The notes below the pieces were generated by a model that saw nothing but the letters and a program-made list of their open reading frames with translations, was not told the origin of the DNA and searched no databases. Both the position numbers and the translations under genes were made by a program. From NCBI GenBank assembly GCA_951813565.1, contig OX638351.1:2368001-2432000 (forward strand): a stretch of DNA of 64,000 bases. Direction: 5' to 3'. This stretch comes from an uncultured Poribacteria bacterium. GTDB taxonomy: Bacteria; Poribacteria; WGA-4E; WGA-3G. Numbering within the stretch: position 1 is the first letter of the stretch; the number at the start of each line of letters is the position of its first letter. This document shows, one piece after another, positions 59,472 to 64,000 of the stretch.

Positions 59472-61871
59472 ATGCGAAAGTGTCTAAAACAGATATTGAT
59501 TATTGCTATCGTGATCACTATGATGTGGATTCCCACTACAACACTGGCTCAGGAAACATTTTTACGCTGGAAAAATGGCGATTCTCTTCCCGGTAAACTA
59601 TTAGACAGTAAGTCAGGGAAGATTAGATGGATATCACCGTACTTTTCTGATGATCTACTTGTTGATATTAACGTTTTGGATTCAATTCTTTTCGCTAAAC
59701 AGCCTGAATCAGTGACAGAAACTTTTCGCGTCGGCACAATATCGGGTGATGTCTGGATAGCGGACATTATTGGTTCAGATGAAAATACTTTTCTCTTTTC
59801 CAGCAAACGCTATGGTAAGTTCCGAGTAAATAGAGAGTTGATTTACTCGCTTGAAAGTCGTGAGCATTCCAATCTCATTTTTGATGGTTCACAACTAACA
59901 GCTTGGAAATCATCTAAGGAAGATGTAGCGAAAGCAGTTGAAAATCAACACACCAATTGGTATCCCGATCATATTGGACTTCCACACACAGATAGAAAAA
60001 AGGCAAACATTTTCTATGCAATGGAATGGCCAAAACGTTTTGAAATTGACCTTGAATTGGCATCCACTACAGGGAACCTTGGTTTTGTCTTTGCTCTCGG
60101 AAAAAACCTGTACGAAACACTACGGGTGGAGACATGGTGGAGGCGTGAAGACCATAAACTCGTTGTTGTTCAAGGAACGTTGTTTGAAACAATAATGACA
60201 ATTGAACCGGAGCGTCGTAACTTGCGTTTGCGACTTGCTTATGATCAGGACCTTGGCACGCTGAAAGTGTTTGACTTGAATGGTAATTTGCTTTTACAAG
60301 TAGATGATGTTCAACCGACTCTTGTATCACCCGGACCCTATATTTATAATCGCGGACAAAATTTGACAATACAGCGGTTAAAGGTCTACCGGCAGCCTGC
60401 CGAATTCAAAAACCAACAAGTTGATTTCTCTAAACCTCGGATTTATCTGATGAATGGAGAAGTTTTTTACGGCAAGTTGTTTGTAAAGAAAAACGAGAGT
60501 TATGTCCTCAACAAGGACGGAACACGACAGGATATCAACCTACAGCAGATTGATCGTGTTGTCCAACCAGGAAGAGAATTGACGACACTCGACGAATACA
60601 TGGCATTAACATATATTGACGGATCTGTTATACGTGGACAGGTAATGCAACTGAACCCAGATAGTGTTTTATTGCAGACTTCATTCACAGATGAACCGAT
60701 AACCTGCTCACTTGCGGGGGCTTCACTATTTCGGTTTGAGTCTAAAGTTCAAACGAAAGAACCAGTAGATGACTATGATAAAATGTTTTTTCCTTCGGGT
60801 AGTCTCCGTGGACACGTTATTTTTAACAGTAGGGACAAATCAAGTATCCAATGGCAGGCTATAGGCACGTCTGAACCTGCGCGCCTTGCAAATCACCGAT
60901 CTGTCCGTATAGAACGTAATAATAAGCATGTCTCAAGACTACGACCTTTTGATGTGGAGACGTTTCCACATCTGTTACATCTGAAAAACGGAGAAGTCAT
61001 CCCATGTCAAGTGCTGTCTTACGATGAAACTTCAATCAGTTTCCGATCCCCTTTTATCAAATCGACACACATAGACTCAGCGTATATGAAAGGTATTGAG
61101 TTCACACGCGGTAAAACGCAAACGCGAAAGGAAAACCGTAACCCAATTATCATTACAGGTGGGGATAAACATCGCATCATTTTAGAGGATGGACAAATTT
61201 TGGAAGCTGTGATGCGGAGGTCCAAAAATGGCCAGCAGCAAATAATAGTGAATAATGAAAAACTTAAAGGCAATGCCAAAATTGTTATTGTTGAGAGAAA
61301 CATTGGCGCGAATGATGTTGATGCCCTAAAAAATGAGATTGAAATCCTGTTTGATCCGCTCGAAACACAAACTGACGAATTAGGTATAAAATTAGAACGC
61401 GCTTTAACCGTGCCACGTTTCAGCCGTGACAATCCACCAAGTCATATTCTTGTGGCAAACAATGGTGATTTAAAGCGAGGCAAATTACTCAGTATGAACG
61501 AACAGACAATTCAGTTTGAATCAAAATTAAAGAAAGTTCCCATCCCGATCAAACGGGTGGCGCGAATCGTTGATATAAGCGTTGAGGGTGCTGAGGAATT
61601 TGCAAAAGAGGCTGTCGGAAATCAACAACCAACAGCAATTCAGTCTGTGGTCCGCTTTGCTTTGATCCATAATCCGATCCTGATTTTTGAACCGCTTGAA
61701 GTCAGCGGTGAAACACTGCACGGGCGTTCACCGATCTATGGAGAGGTATCAGTTCCGGTGAAGAGTCTCCAGTATCTCCATTTTGGAGATAAAGCAAAAT
61801 CTTTCAAGTCCATTTTCGAAGCATGGAAAATCCGCTCGGCAAAAGAACCGGACTACGGTGATGATCGGTAG
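59472..61871 (+). CDS. Hypothetical secreted protein with repeated L.NGD..G beta modules
   Basis: AAGGAG RBS, signal peptide, repeated WKNGDSLPG / LMNGEVFYG / LKNGEVIPC / NNGDLKRG. Confidence 0.75.
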   Translation: MRKCLKQILIIAIVITMMWIPTTTLAQETFLRWKNGDSLPGKLLDSKSGKIRWISPYFSDDLLVDINVLDSILFAKQPESVTETFRVGTISGDVWIADIIGSDENTFLFSSKRYGKFRVNRELIYSLESREHSNLIFDGSQLTAWKSSKEDVAKAVENQHTNWYPDHIGLPHTDRKKANIFYAMEWPKRFEIDLELASTTGNLGFVFALGKNLYETLRVETWWRREDHKLVVVQGTLFETIMTIEPERRNLRLRLAYDQDLGTLKVFDLNGNLLLQVDDVQPTLVSPGPYIYNRGQNLTIQRLKVYRQPAEFKNQQVDFSKPRIYLMNGEVFYGKLFVKKNESYVLNKDGTRQDINLQQIDRVVQPGRELTTLDEYMALTYIDGSVIRGQVMQLNPDSVLLQTSFTDEPITCSLAGASLFRFESKVQTKEPVDDYDKMFFPSGSLRGHVIFNSRDKSSIQWQAIGTSEPARLANHRSVRIERNNKHVSRLRPFDVETFPHLLHLKNGEVIPCQVLSYDETSISFRSPFIKSTHIDSAYMKGIEFTRGKTQTRKENRNPIIITGGDKHRIILEDGQILEAVMRRSKNGQQQIIVNNEKLKGNAKIVIVERNIGANDVDALKNEIEILFDPLETQTDELGIKLERALTVPRFSRDNPPSHILVANNGDLKRGKLLSMNEQTIQFESKLKKVPIPIKRVARIVDISVEGAEEFAKEAVGNQQPTAIQSVVRFALIHNPILIFEPLEVSGETLHGRSPIYGEVSVPVKSLQYLHFGDKAKSFKSIFEAWKIRSAKEPDYGDDR

Positions 61872-61922
61872 AGTAGTCCTCAGCAATCCAGCGTCCAGTG
61901 AATCAACATCTCCGATTTCTTT

Positions 61923-61948
61923 TGTAGGAGCGACCTCCCGGTCGCGAC
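61923..61948 (+). repeat. REP hairpin
   Basis: TGTAGGAGCGACCTCCCGGTCGCGAC. Confidence 0.7.
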
Positions 61949-62087
61949 CTGATAATGTCATAAGCGCATTCAGCAATTGAACTGACAACGAATTGGGCTA
62001 CGACAAACGTTCTGAATATTAATAGCCAACCACCAATCTCATCTTTATAGAATTTAAGACCGTAAAACCAAAATTACACTTTTTGAA

Positions 62088-62426
62088 AGGGTGTGTAAAG
62101 TTTTTGTAGAAATCCGCACAACCCCTATTGTAGGGGCGGGGCACAGGGACCCCATAGGCGTCAATTTAAGGATTTGTTTCAGGTTGGACGCTATTAAATA
62201 CAACCTACAAACCTCACGCTTATTGTAGGGGCGGGTCTCTGTGCCCGCCCGTTGTTTGAATACATCAGCAATGGCGGGGCACAGAGACCCCGCCCTACGA
62301 TGTGTGACGGGATTTATCCCCTAAATTGACGCCTATAGGGCGGGGCACAGAGACCCCGCCCTATAGTGGAAAACGCCGCGTAATCATTGTAAATTGAACC
62401 TATGTAACCAAATATTTACACACCCT
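62088..62426. mobile_element. MITE-A containing MITE-B (62154-62336) and REPs
   Basis: Outer TIR AGGGTGTGTAAA/TTTACACACCCT; inner TIR ATAGGCGTCAATTTA/TAAATTGACGCCTAT. Confidence 0.82.
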
Positions 62427-62449
62427 TTAAAAAAATAAGTTGCATTTTA

Positions 62450-63354
62450 TAGTGGAAACCATAATTACTTGGACATTTTTATGATTTCGTCAATTGACGC
62501 TTCGGCATTGTATTCCCATTTGCGCTTTATGTTCGCAAAATCTCTTTCAATAGGATTAAGTTGAGGCGAATACGGAGGTAAAAAAAGTAAACTCGCACCG
62601 GAAGCAGTAATCAATGCCTCTGTTTGCTGGCTTTTATGGAAAGACGCATTATCCAATATGACAACATGCGATGTGTCAAGTAGTGGACACAGCACATTCT
62701 CAAGCCACGCATTGAAGGCAAGCGTATCACAAGCACCTTCAAAAAGCACAGGTGCTGTAAAACGCCCCTGGATTTGCGCAGCAATGAGCGTCGTGCTTCT
62801 ATACCGATTACTTGAGATTTTATCCGTAACGCAAACTCCTTTCGGCGCATAAGCATACTGCCGAACACTTTCTGTAGTAAAACCGCTTTCATCAACAAAA
62901 ACAGGTATTTTTCCGTTTTGAAGTGCCATCTGAAGCTGAGCGCGATAGGTATCCTGTTTTACAGCGCATTGTTCCTTGTAGGTGAATGTCTTTTTTTACG
63001 TGTGTATCCGATCTTTTTCAGACGATAACAGATACAACGCTGCGACACGCCAAAATGTGCAGCGCGTTCTTTCTGCGTGCTGTCTGGGAACTCTTTGACA
63101 TGTTCAGCGAGTGCTTCTGGGTCAAGCCGATAAGGTTTACGAGGCCCCGGTTTTTCGTAAGTAAAAGGGTCGGCTGCGTCTAACCAGTTATAGATACAAC
63201 GGCGTGAAACTTGAAATCTGCGAGAAGGTTTCTGCTTTACTATTACCATCTGCTATGAAATCAAGAACGCGTTTTCGTCCGTCTTGTGAATATCTCATAA
63301 TATAACTATTATCACAAAAACGGAAAAATGTAAATATATTTATGATTTTAACTA
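62450..63354 (-). mobile_element. IS630-family insertion sequence
   Basis: Imperfect TIRs TAGTGGAAACCATAA / TTATGATTTTAACTA flanked by TA; HTH and DDE ORFs. Confidence 0.85.
62465..63298 (-). pseudogene. IS630 transposase with programmed -1 frameshift site plus an extra inactivating frameshift
   Basis: FVDESG, ILDNASFHK, LPPYSPQLNPIE; A-AAA-AAG slippery site near 62990-62997; additional frame break near 63228. Confidence 0.8.
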
Positions 63355-63388
63355 TAAATAAAAGATATTTTCCCAAAAAGATAGAGAA

Positions 63389-63862
63389 GTGGAGATGGCT
63401 AAAATTATTACAGGGCATCGTGTTGGGCAAAATGGTAAAATTCGTGTTGGGTGTTCAGCTGTAATTTTTGATCAGCAGCACAAGAAGATTCTATTAACGA
63501 GACGCCAAGATAATAATCAATGGTGTTTACCAAGTGGAGGTATGGAGCCGGGCGAAAGCGCAAGTGAAGCATGTATTCGAGAAGTCGAAGAAGAAACTGG
63601 TTTACAAGTCAAAATCAAACGCTTAATCGGTGTTTACACAACTCCACACGAGTTGATTGTGTATCAAGACGGAAACAAAATCCAGTTGGTAGCATTATGT
63701 TTTGAAGCAGAAATTGTGGGTGGTGAACTGCAGCTTAGCTGTGAAACAACCGAGTATGGATACTTTTCCTACCAAGAGATACAAGAATTGGACTTACTTC
63801 TGAACCACGCGCAGCGTATTAAAGATGCTTATAACGAAAAAATGACAACGTTTATCAGGTGA
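63389..63862 (+). CDS. NUDIX hydrolase
   Basis: Nudix box GGMEPGESASEACIREVEEETG. Confidence 0.93.
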   Translation: MEMAKIITGHRVGQNGKIRVGCSAVIFDQQHKKILLTRRQDNNQWCLPSGGMEPGESASEACIREVEEETGLQVKIKRLIGVYTTPHELIVYQDGNKIQLVALCFEAEIVGGELQLSCETTEYGYFSYQEIQELDLLLNHAQRIKDAYNEKMTTFIR

Positions 63863-63916
63863 TGTATAGAACTATTCAATTCCCTATAATTCTGCCTTTT
63901 CTCTAAAATCTCTTAC

Positions 63917-63995
63917 TGTAGGAGCGACCTCCTGGTCGAGACCAGGAGGTCGCTCCTACAAAAGAAATCGGGGTTACAAACCCCTCCTACAAGAG
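63917..63995. repeat. REP cluster with a perfect 44-bp palindrome
   Basis: 21-bp perfect arms with a 2-nt loop (63917-63960), followed by ATCGGGGTTACAAACCCCTCCTACAAGAG. Confidence 0.8.
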
Positions 63996-64000
63996 CACTT

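Noticed and set aside
53..63430. The many short antisense or overlapping ORFs in the six-frame track, including those crossing MITE/REP clusters
   Set aside because: They shadow well-supported genes or non-coding repeats and show no recognisable motifs or RBS.

Overview
Bacterial chromosomal window with about 40 CDS. I found no rRNA, tRNA or CRISPR array. The gene repertoire points by inference to Candidatus Poribacteria or a similar PVC-like marine or sponge-associated lineage: DUF1553 and DUF1501 genes, internalin-like LRR, secreted WD40, a LamG protein ending AVxPxGKLATTWGxIK, a sulfatase and C-type lectins. Core content: a DUF1553/DUF1501 module, metabolic enzymes, hflKC, rsmI, and a long MoxR-DUF58-BatA/vWA-prenyltransferase-repeat cluster whose gene junctions carry unrelated cargo genes. 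One cargo gene is an AT-rich 1272-aa nuclease-STAND ATPase, an Avs/NLR-like anti-phage candidate. Mobile DNA: an intact IS701-family element, a frameshifted IS630 element, several MITEs and many GTAG-type REP hairpins, often nested inside each other. The most unusual signal is a family of tiny 34-bp elements (with a 36-bp variant). They consist of an NNAATCAAC head plus a covarying 9-bp-stem/7-nt-loop hairpin, and they sit as precise insertions without target-site duplication inside REP hairpins and inside each other. Seven copies are visible, one of them about 65 bp from an empty copy of its target. All product calls come from motif recognition only; no database searches were run.
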